Shown here: piece after piece, positions 27,946-38,444 of the stretch
Position numbering within the stretch: position 1 is the first letter of the stretch
Layout: each line of letters begins with the position of its first letter
Origin: Candidatus Algichlamydia australiensis
GTDB taxonomy: Bacteria > Chlamydiota > Chlamydiia > Chlamydiales > JAJFMI01
DNA length: 64,000 nucleotides
Direction of reading: 5' to 3'
Assembly: GCA_033977065.1 (NCBI GenBank)
Contig: JAXCHI010000004.1
Coordinates: 384,001-448,000, forward strand
Notes under the pieces: model-generated
The model's input: the letters and a program-made list of their open reading frames with translations, nothing else
Database searches by the model: none
What the model was told of the DNA's origin: nothing
Position numbers and translations under genes: made by a program

Positions 27946-29235
27946 TTAAAAAAGGCACGAGACAAGGTAGAGAGGAAAATTGGCAATTTTGCCATCAATT
28001 TTGAGATTCATCAGCGTCGCTCTGCAAAGCCTTTCTGGAGCGTACTTGTCAGCATACACAAGCAGACTCTTTTTCTTTGGGCTCGTTCCGGACTTGACTT
28101 CAAGGGGATAAATCTCATGGTCGCACTCGAGAAGAAAATCAATTTCTGCTGTGCCACTACTTTTCCAATAGTAAAGATTGTGCCTGCGGCTAGGTATGAG
28201 CTCTTGTGCAATGAAATTTTCTGTTAATGCTCCCTTGAATTCTGTGAACATCCGATTGCCATCTAAAATTGTTTTGGCATTGAGATTGCTTTGTGCAGCA
28301 AGAAGGCCTACATCAAGTGAGAAGATTTTAAAAATATGCTCTTCAGAATAGGCACTTAAGGGGAATTTTGGTGTTAGGACAAGAGAGCTTTTATGAATAA
28401 GACCTGCATCTAAGAGCCACTGAATTGCTTCTTCGTAGTCTCGAGCTCGTGCACTTTTACGAATGGTAGAAAAGATGAATTTTTTGTTTTCTTTGGCAAG
28501 TTGTTTGTGAATGAGCTTCCAGACCGTTGTGATTTTCATCACTTGATTGGGTGGAGCGTGTTTTGCAAAATCTTTTTCATATGCATCTAAAATTTCCTCA
28601 TGCACTTCGCGAGCAGTAGATAAATTTTGATGTTTTCGGTATTCACTAACCGCTTCGGGCATTCCTCCGACAAACATGTAAATCTTCAAAAGTTTAGTTA
28701 GCTCATCATGAAAGGTGATTGATTCAAAAGATTGGATGTTTTCTAAGTAGGTTCGCTTTTTTGATTCGCCCATTGCTGAGAGGAATTCAAAGAAGGTGAG
28801 GGGATAGAGGTGTAAAAAATTAACTTTTCCAACGGGAAAGCCCTTTTCTTGTGTGGTTTTAACCCCAAGAAGCGAACCAGCTGCCGCAACATGGTACTCT
28901 TTTGCTTCTTCGCAAAAGTATTTTAAGCAATTGAGCGCTCGAGGGCACTCTTGGATTTCATCAAAGATAATCAGAGTATTTTTAGGCTCTATTTCAACCT
29001 CTGCATGAATTGCTAAAGTTTTGAGAAGCTCATGGGGATCTAGAGTTGTTTTAAAGTAGGAATGGAGTTTTTCACTTTTTTCAAAGTTAAAATAGACAAA
29101 TTTTTTGTAAGCTGTTTGACCAAAATGCTTAAGAGCATAAGTTTTACCAACTTGTCTAGCACCATTGATAATCAGCGGCTTACGTCGAGGGGATTTTTTC
29201 CACTCTTCTAAAGATTTATAAATATCTCTTTTCAT
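27946..29235 (-). CDS. AAA_14 ATPase with DUF4143 and a C-terminal PD-(D/E)XK-like motif
   Basis: GARQVGKT, FDEIQ, GGMPEAV, DVGLL, EIDF...PLEVKSG. Confidence 0.9.
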   Translation of the reverse strand: MKRDIYKSLEEWKKSPRRKPLIINGARQVGKTYALKHFGQTAYKKFVYFNFEKSEKLHSYFKTTLDPHELLKTLAIHAEVEIEPKNTLIIFDEIQECPRALNCLKYFCEEAKEYHVAAAGSLLGVKTTQEKGFPVGKVNFLHLYPLTFFEFLSAMGESKKRTYLENIQSFESITFHDELTKLLKIYMFVGGMPEAVSEYRKHQNLSTAREVHEEILDAYEKDFAKHAPPNQVMKITTVWKLIHKQLAKENKKFIFSTIRKSARARDYEEAIQWLLDAGLIHKSSLVLTPKFPLSAYSEEHIFKIFSLDVGLLAAQSNLNAKTILDGNRMFTEFKGALTENFIAQELIPSRRHNLYYWKSSGTAEIDFLLECDHEIYPLEVKSGTSPKKKSLLVYADKYAPERLCRATLMNLKIDGKIANFPLYLVSCLF

Positions 29236-29323
29236 ACCTTAAAAATAACCTTTCTTCCCTTAAAAAGCAATTATTCCTCAGGAAAACGTGGTTGAATTTC
29301 GCTTTATTCGTTGGAAAAACGTG

Positions 29324-30979
29324 TTATTTATGCACGTTTTTCCATGGAAAAGCGTGTTTTGAGGGTGGACTTGCTGGGGCAGTTGCGTCAGTGATGCCGC
29401 TGAAAAGCTGGCCCCAACCGCCTAAGCTTGGGATCGCTTGCTTGCGAGCGATCAGCCAGGCTATTTTTTTTGCTGCCGCACCTGAATCGAGCTCTACGTT
29501 TCCAAATGGTCCTTTAAAGGGAATTTGTAGTACGTAGCCTATTGGAAGGTTTGGAATTGAGAGGGTTTTTTCGAGGGTTTTGGCAGGGATACCAAAGATC
29601 ATATTGACTTTGCGCTTAGCGAGGTCAATTGTCCCCCAGGTGGCAAAGTGATAGGCTTTTTGAAAGAGGAAGTCGGTGCGCTCGATTGTGATTTTTCCTT
29701 TATGAATCGAAAAGTCTGCGGGAGTAAACCAGAGATGAATGCCCCCAGAGGATTCTGCTTTAAGGAGCCCTCCCAAATTGGAAGTAACGCCTATGTTTTC
29801 AACAATGATTTGTCCGATTTGTAGCTGGCCGCTTTTTACTTCAAATTTTCTTAAATTAAGAGGGTATAAGGGAAGAGAAAAACCTTTTTTCGAGATGGTA
29901 AGAGTGATGGGTTGGGAAGCCTCTAAGAGTTGTACGTCAAAATTTTTATAAAGAAGTGTGGCGAGCTTTTTTGAGGGAGTCAGTTGCGCTTGCAAATCCT
30001 TGCGTAAAGTTAGAATGTTTTGATTGAGGCTTCCTGCGATATTAAGAGTTAGCGCTTCTGATTGTAGTTGGAGGTCAAGTGTACCTCGGCCATTTTTAAG
30101 TTTTGTTTGATAAGTTCCTTGTAAATCTGAACTTGTTAGCTTGGCGTCGAGACCATTTTCTGAAGCTGTTCCGGTGAGGCTGAGGTTTTCAAGAGGGTAG
30201 CCGTCCAACGAAAATTCTGGCAGTGAGAGCGAAAAGGTTACAGGTACTTTAATTTTTTTAGTAAATGAGTAGGTAAAGGGCTGAATTTTTCCTGTAAAAT
30301 TTTCTGTTTTTGTAAGAGTGATCGCATCCCAATTGGTAAGTTTTTGAAAGGTAAGAGGAGTGAGGCTTCCCTCTATTTCAATTGGTTTTTTTACTTTGAT
30401 TCCTTCTAGGCTCGCTTGCATTTGTGCGTTTAAGGTAAAGGGGCTTGTAAAGAGAAACCCGCTTGCCTCAAGATGTTTTCCATCCCATATCCCGGCAAAT
30501 TTGTTGATCTGGATATGGTCGTAGAGAATTTTTTCAAACTGGAAGGAGCCCGTTTCAAAATTCCCCCTTACTTCTGCGGAAAACGTTTTTTCATCCTCCA
30601 AGGGAATCTCTTTGATTGAGGCTTGAAAGGTGTTTTCTTTAGTTGCAAAAGAGAAACTTCCCTTGCCTGCTCCGCTAATTTTTCCATTTTCTAGGGAAGT
30701 GGTCTTTGGAATCTGTCTGCGCAGCAGCGCAATAAAAGTATCACCATAGGTTATTGAGGAAGCGCTTAGCTCAATTTCTTGATTTTTGTATTGAATTTGT
30801 TTAGCTACTTGTGGACCTGTCCAGCTAAACCGCATTGATTCAGCTTTTAGGTTTCCACCAAAACGTTTTTCTACATTTGATGTGATGAGCTCATTTCCCC
30901 AAGAAGTTGAGAGAATCATCGGTGTAAAACCTATGATGAGTAAAAGGAGAATCAGGAGAGTAATGAAAAGTTTTTTCAT
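29324..30979 (-). CDS. AsmA-like / beta-rich periplasmic protein
   Basis: N-terminal anchor followed by a long beta-strand-rich sequence. Confidence 0.55.
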   Translation of the reverse strand: MKKLFITLLILLLLIIGFTPMILSTSWGNELITSNVEKRFGGNLKAESMRFSWTGPQVAKQIQYKNQEIELSASSITYGDTFIALLRRQIPKTTSLENGKISGAGKGSFSFATKENTFQASIKEIPLEDEKTFSAEVRGNFETGSFQFEKILYDHIQINKFAGIWDGKHLEASGFLFTSPFTLNAQMQASLEGIKVKKPIEIEGSLTPLTFQKLTNWDAITLTKTENFTGKIQPFTYSFTKKIKVPVTFSLSLPEFSLDGYPLENLSLTGTASENGLDAKLTSSDLQGTYQTKLKNGRGTLDLQLQSEALTLNIAGSLNQNILTLRKDLQAQLTPSKKLATLLYKNFDVQLLEASQPITLTISKKGFSLPLYPLNLRKFEVKSGQLQIGQIIVENIGVTSNLGGLLKAESSGGIHLWFTPADFSIHKGKITIERTDFLFQKAYHFATWGTIDLAKRKVNMIFGIPAKTLEKTLSIPNLPIGYVLQIPFKGPFGNVELDSGAAAKKIAWLIARKQAIPSLGGWGQLFSGITDATAPASPPSKHAFPWKNVHK

Positions 30980-32763
30980 TCGACGGTAACAGACTTGGCT
31001 AGATTGCGGGGCTGGTCAATCTCCGCTCCTCGTTCCAAGGCGATATAGTAAGCAAAAAGTTGCAAGGCAATCGAGTAGAGAATGGGCGCTAGATGGTCGA
31101 TCACCTTAGGCATAAAGAGCAAATCATCGGCAATTGCCTCCATTCTTTTTGTTCCTTCAGGAACTAAAGCGAAAATAGGAGCGCCGCGCGCTTTGACCTC
31201 CATCAAATTGCTCTCCATCTTCTCAAGTGTCAAAGAATTTCCTAAGAGGGCAATTATAGGTAAATTTTCATCCAGAAGCGCAATCGGACCATGCTTCATT
31301 TCGCCACCAGGATAGGCGCTTGCCTGCAGATAACTAATCTCTTTTAATTTGAGTGCAGCTTCTAGAGAGGCTTCAAACATAGCTTGGCGCCCTAAAAAGA
31401 AAAAGCTTTCATATTTCGCATACTTCTTTGCAATTGCGCGAATTTGGGAGTTGAGTTGCAAAACGCTATCTGCCAATTTTGGTATACGATCAATTTCATG
31501 CAGAACTTTTCCACTTAACTTGCATGTTAAAAGAGTGAGAACAGCAAGCTGTGCGGTAAAAGCTTTGGTTGAGCAGACGCTAATTTCTGGCCCTGCACGC
31601 AGCATTAAAGTGGAATCCGCCTCTCGAACCAGTGTGCAGTAGGGGACATTACAAATTCCCAGTATTTTCGCTCCGCGACTCTTTGCAAGTCGTACGGCTG
31701 CCAAAGTGTCTGCTGTTTCACCCGACTGACTAATTGCGACAACTAAACTTTTCTTATCTACAAGAGGGTTTGAATAGCGAAATTCTGAAGCGACAACTGC
31801 TTTAGCAGGAATGCGCGCCATCTCCTCAATTAAATTGCAGGCAACAAGACCTGCATGCCATGAGGAACCGCAAGCAAGAATGATGACATTTTCAATATTA
31901 TCAAGAGGGAAGTTGAGCTCTTCAAAGAACACTTTTTCGCCTTGAATGCGTCCTGCAATTGCCTGTGTTAAACTCAGTGGCTGCTCAAAAATCTCTTTAA
32001 GCATAAAATGCTCATAGCCACCCTTAGAAATTTTTTCGTTTTTTGGACAGAAGAGCTTTCCTTTTTTTTCAATTAAAGCGCCAGTTGCGTCAAAAAAACT
32101 GAGACCATCTCGTGCAAGACGTGCTCCTTCGCCTTCGTGTAAAAAAAAGAGCTCCATCTTTTCTAAGTCGATCGCATGAGGATCTGAGGCGATAAATATT
32201 TCCTCATCTTCCCTTGCAATTACTAGAGGGCTCTCTTTAGCGATAGCTAAAATTTCATCGGGGTGATCTTTGTGAAGCACAGCGATTGCAAAGGCACCAC
32301 GCAATTTTTGCATTGCTGCAATCACAGCTTTTTGCAAATCATCCGAATAGTGGTGTGCGATGAGTTGCGCGATTACCTCAGAGTCAGTCTCAGAGTAAAA
32401 TTTTACACCCGCTTCTTCGAGCTCTTTACGGATTTCTAAGTGATTTTCAATAATGCCATTATGAACAATCGCAACAGAAGAGTTTTCATCAAAGTGGGGG
32501 TGGGCGTTAGATTGAGAAGGTTTGCCATGAGTAGCCCAACGAGTATGGCCAATCGCGACATCTACTTCAAGAGGTGAGCTTTTGAGCAGTTGATCGAGAA
32601 CAGCAATTTTTCCCTTCTCTTTTCGGAACTCAAGCTTGCCGTTTTTGACACCTGCAATTCCCGCAGAGTCATAACCGCGATACTCAAGTTTTCGTAAACC
32701 TTCTAAACAGAGAGCCACGCTCGATGAGCGTCGCTTGCCGACATACCCCAAAATCCCACACAT
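30976..32763 (-). CDS. glmS: Glutamine-fructose-6-phosphate transaminase
   Basis: MCGI N-terminus, LEYRGYDSAG, HTRWATHG, SQSGETADT, PRNLAKSVTVE. Confidence 0.97.
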   Translation of the reverse strand: MCGILGYVGKRRSSSVALCLEGLRKLEYRGYDSAGIAGVKNGKLEFRKEKGKIAVLDQLLKSSPLEVDVAIGHTRWATHGKPSQSNAHPHFDENSSVAIVHNGIIENHLEIRKELEEAGVKFYSETDSEVIAQLIAHHYSDDLQKAVIAAMQKLRGAFAIAVLHKDHPDEILAIAKESPLVIAREDEEIFIASDPHAIDLEKMELFFLHEGEGARLARDGLSFFDATGALIEKKGKLFCPKNEKISKGGYEHFMLKEIFEQPLSLTQAIAGRIQGEKVFFEELNFPLDNIENVIILACGSSWHAGLVACNLIEEMARIPAKAVVASEFRYSNPLVDKKSLVVAISQSGETADTLAAVRLAKSRGAKILGICNVPYCTLVREADSTLMLRAGPEISVCSTKAFTAQLAVLTLLTCKLSGKVLHEIDRIPKLADSVLQLNSQIRAIAKKYAKYESFFFLGRQAMFEASLEAALKLKEISYLQASAYPGGEMKHGPIALLDENLPIIALLGNSLTLEKMESNLMEVKARGAPIFALVPEGTKRMEAIADDLLFMPKVIDHLAPILYSIALQLFAYYIALERGAEIDQPRNLAKSVTVE

Positions 32764-32780
32764 AGCTTGATCATACAAGA

Positions 32781-33521
32781 CTATCTCGCTTCAATCAACA
32801 TGAAGAGGGGAAATTCTTTACGCGCGCGGTTTTCCATTCGTGACTTACCACCCGTACTTTTCTTCGGTGAGCAGAGCTCCTGCAAACCGGTGATCACAAA
32901 TCCAGCTCCAACCAAGTGATCTACAATTTTTGAGAGCGGTAAATGGTAGGAATAGGTCACAACCGATTTTTTTCCTTTGCTTGGCTTTTGTTGAATCGGA
33001 ATTTCCATTTCACTCATGTAGGAATCAATCCTGCGAAACTGCATCTTCTTTTTTTCATCTACGCTCCAGCTTGATTGGCGAGGGATGCGAAAGCTGGGAT
33101 GGTTGATCACAAGAATGAGCTTGCCACCCTTCTTCAACCCCTTCCTTGCATTGTTAATTGCAGCCGGCATATCTGCCATATTTTGAATAGAGAGAAGAAA
33201 AACACAGTGGGTAAATTTCTTTTCAATCTTTAGAGGCTTTGTTAGATCGCCGACCTGAAATAGGTGGCATTTCGACCCCGCCCGTTTTTGCGCAGCTACA
33301 ATTAAAGATTTGGCTCCATCAATCCCGAGATAGTCGATATCTTTCGGAATCTGCCGCTCCAAAATTCCTTGCCCGCAGCCAAGGTCTAGTACCGCCGCAT
33401 CCTTCTCCTTCAAAAGAGGAAGCAGCACCGGCAAAATTAATTCTTTATGATAGAAGTGCCCCTCCGCTGCTACGATCTGATCGTACCAGCCAGAGACGCC
33501 TTCCCAGGTTGTCTTACTCAC
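32781..33521 (-). CDS. Class I SAM-dependent methyltransferase
   Basis: VLDLGCGQG motif I. Confidence 0.85.
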   Translation of the reverse strand: MSKTTWEGVSGWYDQIVAAEGHFYHKELILPVLLPLLKEKDAAVLDLGCGQGILERQIPKDIDYLGIDGAKSLIVAAQKRAGSKCHLFQVGDLTKPLKIEKKFTHCVFLLSIQNMADMPAAINNARKGLKKGGKLILVINHPSFRIPRQSSWSVDEKKKMQFRRIDSYMSEMEIPIQQKPSKGKKSVVTYSYHLPLSKIVDHLVGAGFVITGLQELCSPKKSTGGKSRMENRARKEFPLFMLIEAR

Positions 33522-33558
33522 TCTTATACTTTAATAGATCTAGACTTTTCTGTATCGT

Positions 33559-34551
33559 GTGGCTATGAGCCAAAAAGACTTTGCAAAGCCTGTTCTTGAT
33601 TTTGTCAATCCCGTTCAAACAGTTGTGCATCCCGACCAGACCATTGAAGAAGCTCTGATGACGGTGCGAGAAAAGGACATACATGAAAAAATTGTATACT
33701 TCTACGCCGTTGACGATGAGGGGAAACTTGTTGGCATTGTTCCGACTCGTCGGCTTCTTTTGCGCAGTCCGAAAACCTTAGTCAAAGAGGTGATGGACAC
33801 CAAAGTTATTTGTCTGCTCTGTACACAGAGTCTTAAAGAGGCGCTCACTGTTTTTGAAACCCACCACTTTCTCGCCTTGCCCGTTGTTGATAAAGAGCAA
33901 CACTTTCTTGGCGTGATCGACGTACAGCTCTATTTAGAAGAGAGCGTTGACGTTGTGAATTCTCGCCGTCGTAGCGACATTTTTCAAATTATTGGTTTTA
34001 ATTTAGAAGAGGGGAAACGCGTCACTACCTGGCGCAGTTACCGCACACGTATGCCTTGGATTTTCTGCAATATGTTTGGGGGTCTTGCTTGTGCGATCAT
34101 CTCAAAATTCTTTGAGCTTATCCTCACTAAAGTGATCATACTCGCTATGTTCATTCCACTCGTTCTCTCCCTCTCTGAATCAATCTCCATGCAATCGATG
34201 ACGCTGAGTCTTCAGCAGCTCCAAAACAATGGCGCGCGACTCGGCTATCTCATCCGTCGCTCGCTCCGCGAATGGAAAACTATTGTCCTCCTTGCTCTTA
34301 CTTGCGGGGCTGTTGTAGGATCGATATCTATTTTTTGGGGGGATGGCATTGCACCTGCTCTCACCATCGCTCTTGGTATCTTCCTCTCCATTTGTATCAC
34401 TGGTACTATCGCATCCATTGTTCCGCTCGTTCTTCATGTACGAGAATGGGATCCCAAAGTCGCTGCTGGTCCAATTGTTCTGACCTGCGCCGACGTCATC
34501 ACTACCGCCATCTACCTCTCTCTAGCGACATGGTTCCTTTTGTCAATTTAA
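33559..34551 (+). CDS. mgtE: Magnesium transporter MgtE (CBS pair plus TM domain)
   Basis: CBS domains, RMPW, WDPKVAAGPIVLTCADV. Confidence 0.88.
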   Translation: MAMSQKDFAKPVLDFVNPVQTVVHPDQTIEEALMTVREKDIHEKIVYFYAVDDEGKLVGIVPTRRLLLRSPKTLVKEVMDTKVICLLCTQSLKEALTVFETHHFLALPVVDKEQHFLGVIDVQLYLEESVDVVNSRRRSDIFQIIGFNLEEGKRVTTWRSYRTRMPWIFCNMFGGLACAIISKFFELILTKVIILAMFIPLVLSLSESISMQSMTLSLQQLQNNGARLGYLIRRSLREWKTIVLLALTCGAVVGSISIFWGDGIAPALTIALGIFLSICITGTIASIVPLVLHVREWDPKVAAGPIVLTCADVITTAIYLSLATWFLLSI

Positions 34552-34624
34552 ATATTTAATAAATACTTGGTTTTTATTAAATATTTTGTTAAGGTGTTGG
34601 TAATTAAATTAAGATTTAGGTTTT

Positions 34625-34816
34625 ATGTTAGTTAGTAGACACCCAGGAAGCAGCTCTTCTGCACCTAGAGTAGAGCGAGATTCACGTGAGCAGAGTCTAG
34701 AGACTCTCCTTAAGGGAGTTGATAATAGCTGTACCATGCTTGGTCATTTCGAAAGAGAGTTTCAAGTTTTAACGTTTGATTATGGCAATGGTGAGTTTGA
34801 TAGATGTTTCTTATAG
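34625..34816 (+). CDS. Short ORF, possibly a truncated gene remnant
   Basis: 63 aa, Ser-rich N-terminus, ends just before a decayed type-B element. Confidence 0.3.
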   Translation: MLVSRHPGSSSSAPRVERDSREQSLETLLKGVDNSCTMLGHFEREFQVLTFDYGNGEFDRCFL

Positions 34817-34852
34817 GCCTTGTTGCGTAAATAGCTGCGGATACGGAGTACT

Positions 34853-35100
34853 AACTCTGTAACAGAAATTTTTATCATTATTTTTACGTGAAAGCTCTCG
34901 TATAAAAATAGACCCCAAACATGAAAAGTAAAGCGAGCGTATCGGATTGACGAAACTGTCTAGACCATGCAAAGTTTTCTACAAAGCTAAAAAAACAGCC
35001 GCGCAAGTGACGTGAAAGGGGCAGCAGGGGCTCGCTCGACTGTCTCTATTGGCTGTTTTTTTAAATTAAATACTAAAAAATTAATGTTACAAAATGCTAA
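34853..35100. mobile_element. Degenerate, internally deleted type-B element
   Basis: Colinear similarity to 57626-58026 at both ends (CTCTGTAACAGAAATTTTTA..., CTGTCTCTATTGGCTGTTTTTTTAAATTAAA) with about 160 bp of core missing. Confidence 0.85.
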
Positions 35101-35179
35101 TAGGAGCACTAGATAAAATGCTGGTATAAAAGTTGAAAAAAAGATAAGGTATAGGGGAGAGAAAACTAGGAAAAAAATA

Positions 35180-36058
35180 ATGAGCAGATACTTAGATCCT
35201 ACTAATGATGTGGCATTTAAGAGACTATTTGGAACAAAAGAACACAAGCCATTACTAATTAGTTTTTTAAATGCGATCCTAGACCTTAAGGGTAAGCGCT
35301 CAATTCAGCAAGTAGAGCTTCTACCTAGAGAACAAGCTCCCTCTATAAGTGGAGCAAAGACCAGCATTTTGGATGTAAAGTGCACAGATGAACGTGGTTA
35401 TCAATATGTTGTGGAAATGCAAAATAAGAAAGTTCCAGGGTTCATTAAAAGAAGTCAGTATTATGTAGCACATACATATGTCAGCCAATCAATGAAAGGG
35501 ATTAGCCATTTGGAGCTAAAACCAGTCATTTTGTTGGCAATCGCAAATCACACCCTTTTTCCCAAAAAAGAGGAGACTGTAAGCTATCACAAGACATTAG
35601 ATCTAAAGACCCATGAAAACGACCTTGAAGATCTCTCCTATGTATTCATCGAACTCCCAAAATTCAAAAAAACTGAACAAGAACTCAACACGACCCAAGA
35701 CAAGTGGATCTACTTTTTCAAAAACTGGAGTAAAAGTAACGAGATCCCTAAAAATGTGGATGAACCAGAGCTTATAGAAGCATACAAAGCAATGGAAGAA
35801 TTCAATTGGTCACTTGGGGAGAAAGAAGCCTATATGAAAGCAAATATTGCACTAACAGAAGAATTTGCAATCAAAAAGGAAGAGTTCGAAAAAGGCGAGA
35901 AAAAAGGGTTAGCAAAAGGGGTGGAAAAGGGAAAGTTGCTACAAAGCTGCCACCTAGCCCGCGAGATGCTAAAGAATGGGATCTCCAAGGATCAAGTGAA
36001 AAAAATTACAGGTCTAACAGAAGAAGATTTAAGAAATTTTTCTGAAAAAGAGGAATAG
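35180..36058 (+). CDS. Rpn family recombination-promoting nuclease / PD-(D/E)XK nuclease family transposase-like protein
   Basis: YLDPTNDVAFKRLFG, ILDVKC, VEMQ, IELPKF, C-terminal GEKKG...ITGL. Confidence 0.9.
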   Translation: MSRYLDPTNDVAFKRLFGTKEHKPLLISFLNAILDLKGKRSIQQVELLPREQAPSISGAKTSILDVKCTDERGYQYVVEMQNKKVPGFIKRSQYYVAHTYVSQSMKGISHLELKPVILLAIANHTLFPKKEETVSYHKTLDLKTHENDLEDLSYVFIELPKFKKTEQELNTTQDKWIYFFKNWSKSNEIPKNVDEPELIEAYKAMEEFNWSLGEKEAYMKANIALTEEFAIKKEEFEKGEKKGLAKGVEKGKLLQSCHLAREMLKNGISKDQVKKITGLTEEDLRNFSEKEE

Positions 36059-36107
36059 CCCTTTCTTTTTCGTAACAATCTTCTCAGTACTGAGAACAAT
36101 CTTAAAA

Positions 36108-37505
36108 CTATTTTTGATTCCAAGAAGGGCGCTTAAATTTTAAGATAATAAAGGGCACAAGGCAGAGCAGTAGTGTCCCTAGCAGTAAAAATGATTCGTA
36201 GAAAATAATATTTCCTGTATCTAGCTGTTCAGGTGGGAAGAAGCCGATGATCATGGCTCCTAAGCAGGTCACAAACCCTATTCCAGAAACAGCCCACATG
36301 CCAAGTTTACCTCCCGGTACTTTGTAGGTTCTTTTTACATCGGGTTTTTTGTAGCGCAACACAATAGCCGTAATGAAAAGTAAAAAGTACATGACGATGT
36401 AGAGCTGTGAAACGAGTGCAAGCAGCATCCAGAATGAGGTGTTCACGTTTGGCATAAAGAGAAAGACGGAAGCGAGGATGGTGACAATGACAGCTTGTAA
36501 GATGAGAAGATTGACAGGCATGCCGTGACGATTTTCTTTATGCAGGGCTGGAGGAAGTTCTCCGGCTTGCGCTGCAGCGAGTAGACCGCGGCAGGGACCA
36601 ACTGCCCAAGAACTCATCTGTCCAAGTGCGCCGATGGTGACCAGGATGGCAACGAGCGGCACCATCCAGCCGATATTCCAATTATTTAAAAAGATGGCAA
36701 TTGCTTCCATGCCACCGGCAACAAGGCTAATTTTTCCTTGCGGGATGACCATGGCAATCGCAAGTGTTCCAAGAGCGGTGAGGGCGACAATGATCGCGCC
36801 AGAGAGAAAGATCGCGCGTGGATAATTTTTTTGAGGATTGATCACATCGCGTGCGTGTACGGCGCTCATCTCCATCCCAGCGTAGCCAAGGACGATACCG
36901 GCAAGAAAGACAAACTGCTGTGGCCCCTCAAATTTGGGAATAAAGCTTCCCCAGTCAAATGAAATTTCCATGGGATGGCCAAGGAAGCCCCAGAGCAGGC
37001 CGAGGACGATAATCAATACACCAGGAATAAGCGTTCCAAAGACGGCACCCACAGTAGAAATGAGACCAGAGGTTTTCATTCCGCGCATGTTCACAAAGGT
37101 CGCGGCCCAGAAGGTGACAAGCATCACGCAGTACATGTAGAGTTGGTTTTCTGCTAAAGCAGGATTAAAGCTAAATGCGAGGGTGGCGGCAATAAAGCTC
37201 AAAATAGTCGGGTACCAGACCACATTTTCAATCCAGAGCAGCCAGATGGCCAAAAACCCCCATTTGTGACCGAGGGCCTCTTTAACCCACGCGAAGATTC
37301 CTCCGTGCTCTGGCCAGCCGGTAGCAAGTTCTGCTGAAACAAGCGAGACCGGGACAAAAAAGAGCAGGGCGCCCATAATTAAAAAGAAGAGTGATGAGAA
37401 GCCGTACTCTGCAGTTAAAGGCCAATTTTTAATGCTGGCAATCACGGCCACGTTGATCATGGCCAGTGTAAAAATTCCAATGATGCGGGGAGGTTTTTTA
37501 GTCAT
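36108..37505 (-). CDS. APC family amino acid permease (GadC-like)
   Basis: Paralog of 19248-20654, SAELATGWP. Confidence 0.9.
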   Translation of the reverse strand: MTKKPPRIIGIFTLAMINVAVIASIKNWPLTAEYGFSSLFFLIMGALLFFVPVSLVSAELATGWPEHGGIFAWVKEALGHKWGFLAIWLLWIENVVWYPTILSFIAATLAFSFNPALAENQLYMYCVMLVTFWAATFVNMRGMKTSGLISTVGAVFGTLIPGVLIIVLGLLWGFLGHPMEISFDWGSFIPKFEGPQQFVFLAGIVLGYAGMEMSAVHARDVINPQKNYPRAIFLSGAIIVALTALGTLAIAMVIPQGKISLVAGGMEAIAIFLNNWNIGWMVPLVAILVTIGALGQMSSWAVGPCRGLLAAAQAGELPPALHKENRHGMPVNLLILQAVIVTILASVFLFMPNVNTSFWMLLALVSQLYIVMYFLLFITAIVLRYKKPDVKRTYKVPGGKLGMWAVSGIGFVTCLGAMIIGFFPPEQLDTGNIIFYESFLLLGTLLLCLVPFIILKFKRPSWNQK

Positions 37506-37535
37506 TCCTCACAGTATAGAAAAAATGGTGTCAAA

Positions 37536-38444
37536 ATGCGAGCCCTGATCACAAGAAAAATCCCCTCAATTGCTAAGGAACTTTTAGAAAAAAAGTATTC
37601 TGTTGATGTGAATGAGAGCAACAGACCTCTTTCAAAAAAAGATGCAATAGAAGCAGTACAAAATTATGATGCGATTCTCTTTACTGTTGCTGACTCTTTT
37701 CCTGCAGATGTCATCGAGCAGAGCAAAAACTTAAAAATTCTTTCAGGGTATAGCATTGGCTTGAATAACATCGCGCTCGATGCCGCAAAGCAGATGGGTA
37801 TTGCTGTCTTTAATATCCCTGATCTCATCACAGAGCCGACTGCTGATCTTACTCTGGCACTCCTGCTAGCCGCTTCACGCCGCATTGTGCCGGCAAATGC
37901 CTATGTAAAAGCGGGGAAATGGGGAGAGTGGGACCCAGCGCTTTTTTGCGGTGAGGGGTTGCAGGGAAAGACTCTTGGAATCATTGGCATGGGGCGGATC
38001 GGTCAGGCAGTCGCAAAACGCGCTGAGGCATTTGGGATCAATATAGTTTTTACAAGCCGCTCTGAAAAGAAGATCCCTTATGAGCAAGTGGGTTTGGAAA
38101 AATTATTACAAGTTAGTGATTTTATTACTTTACATGCTCCGTTGACTAAAGAGACGAGAGGCTTGCTTGACTTAGCAAAAATGGAAAAGATGGAGAAAAG
38201 TCCTATCTTAGTCAATATGGCACGTGGTGAGCTGATCAAAACTGCTGATCTGGTCACAGCACTAAAAAAGGGCTTTGTGCGTGCAGCTGCACTTGATGTG
38301 ACCGATCCAGAGCCTCTCCCAGGCGATCATCCACTTGTCAAACTCGATAATTGCATTATTGTGCCACACATCGGTGGTGCAACTCTTGAATGTCGCGAAT
38401 CGATGGCGCGCCGTGCTGCTGAAAATATCCTGAATCACAAATAG
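37536..38444 (+). CDS. D-2-hydroxyacid dehydrogenase (glyoxylate reductase-like)
   Basis: GIIGMGRIG, VNMARG, LDVTDPEP, PHIGG. Confidence 0.92.
   Translation: MRALITRKIPSIAKELLEKKYSVDVNESNRPLSKKDAIEAVQNYDAILFTVADSFPADVIEQSKNLKILSGYSIGLNNIALDAAKQMGIAVFNIPDLITEPTADLTLALLLAASRRIVPANAYVKAGKWGEWDPALFCGEGLQGKTLGIIGMGRIGQAVAKRAEAFGINIVFTSRSEKKIPYEQVGLEKLLQVSDFITLHAPLTKETRGLLDLAKMEKMEKSPILVNMARGELIKTADLVTALKKGFVRAAALDVTDPEPLPGDHPLVKLDNCIIVPHIGGATLECRESMARRAAENILNHK

Noticed and set aside
32763..32800. glmS ribozyme
   Set aside because: No leader space: the upstream methyltransferase ends 17 nt before MCGI
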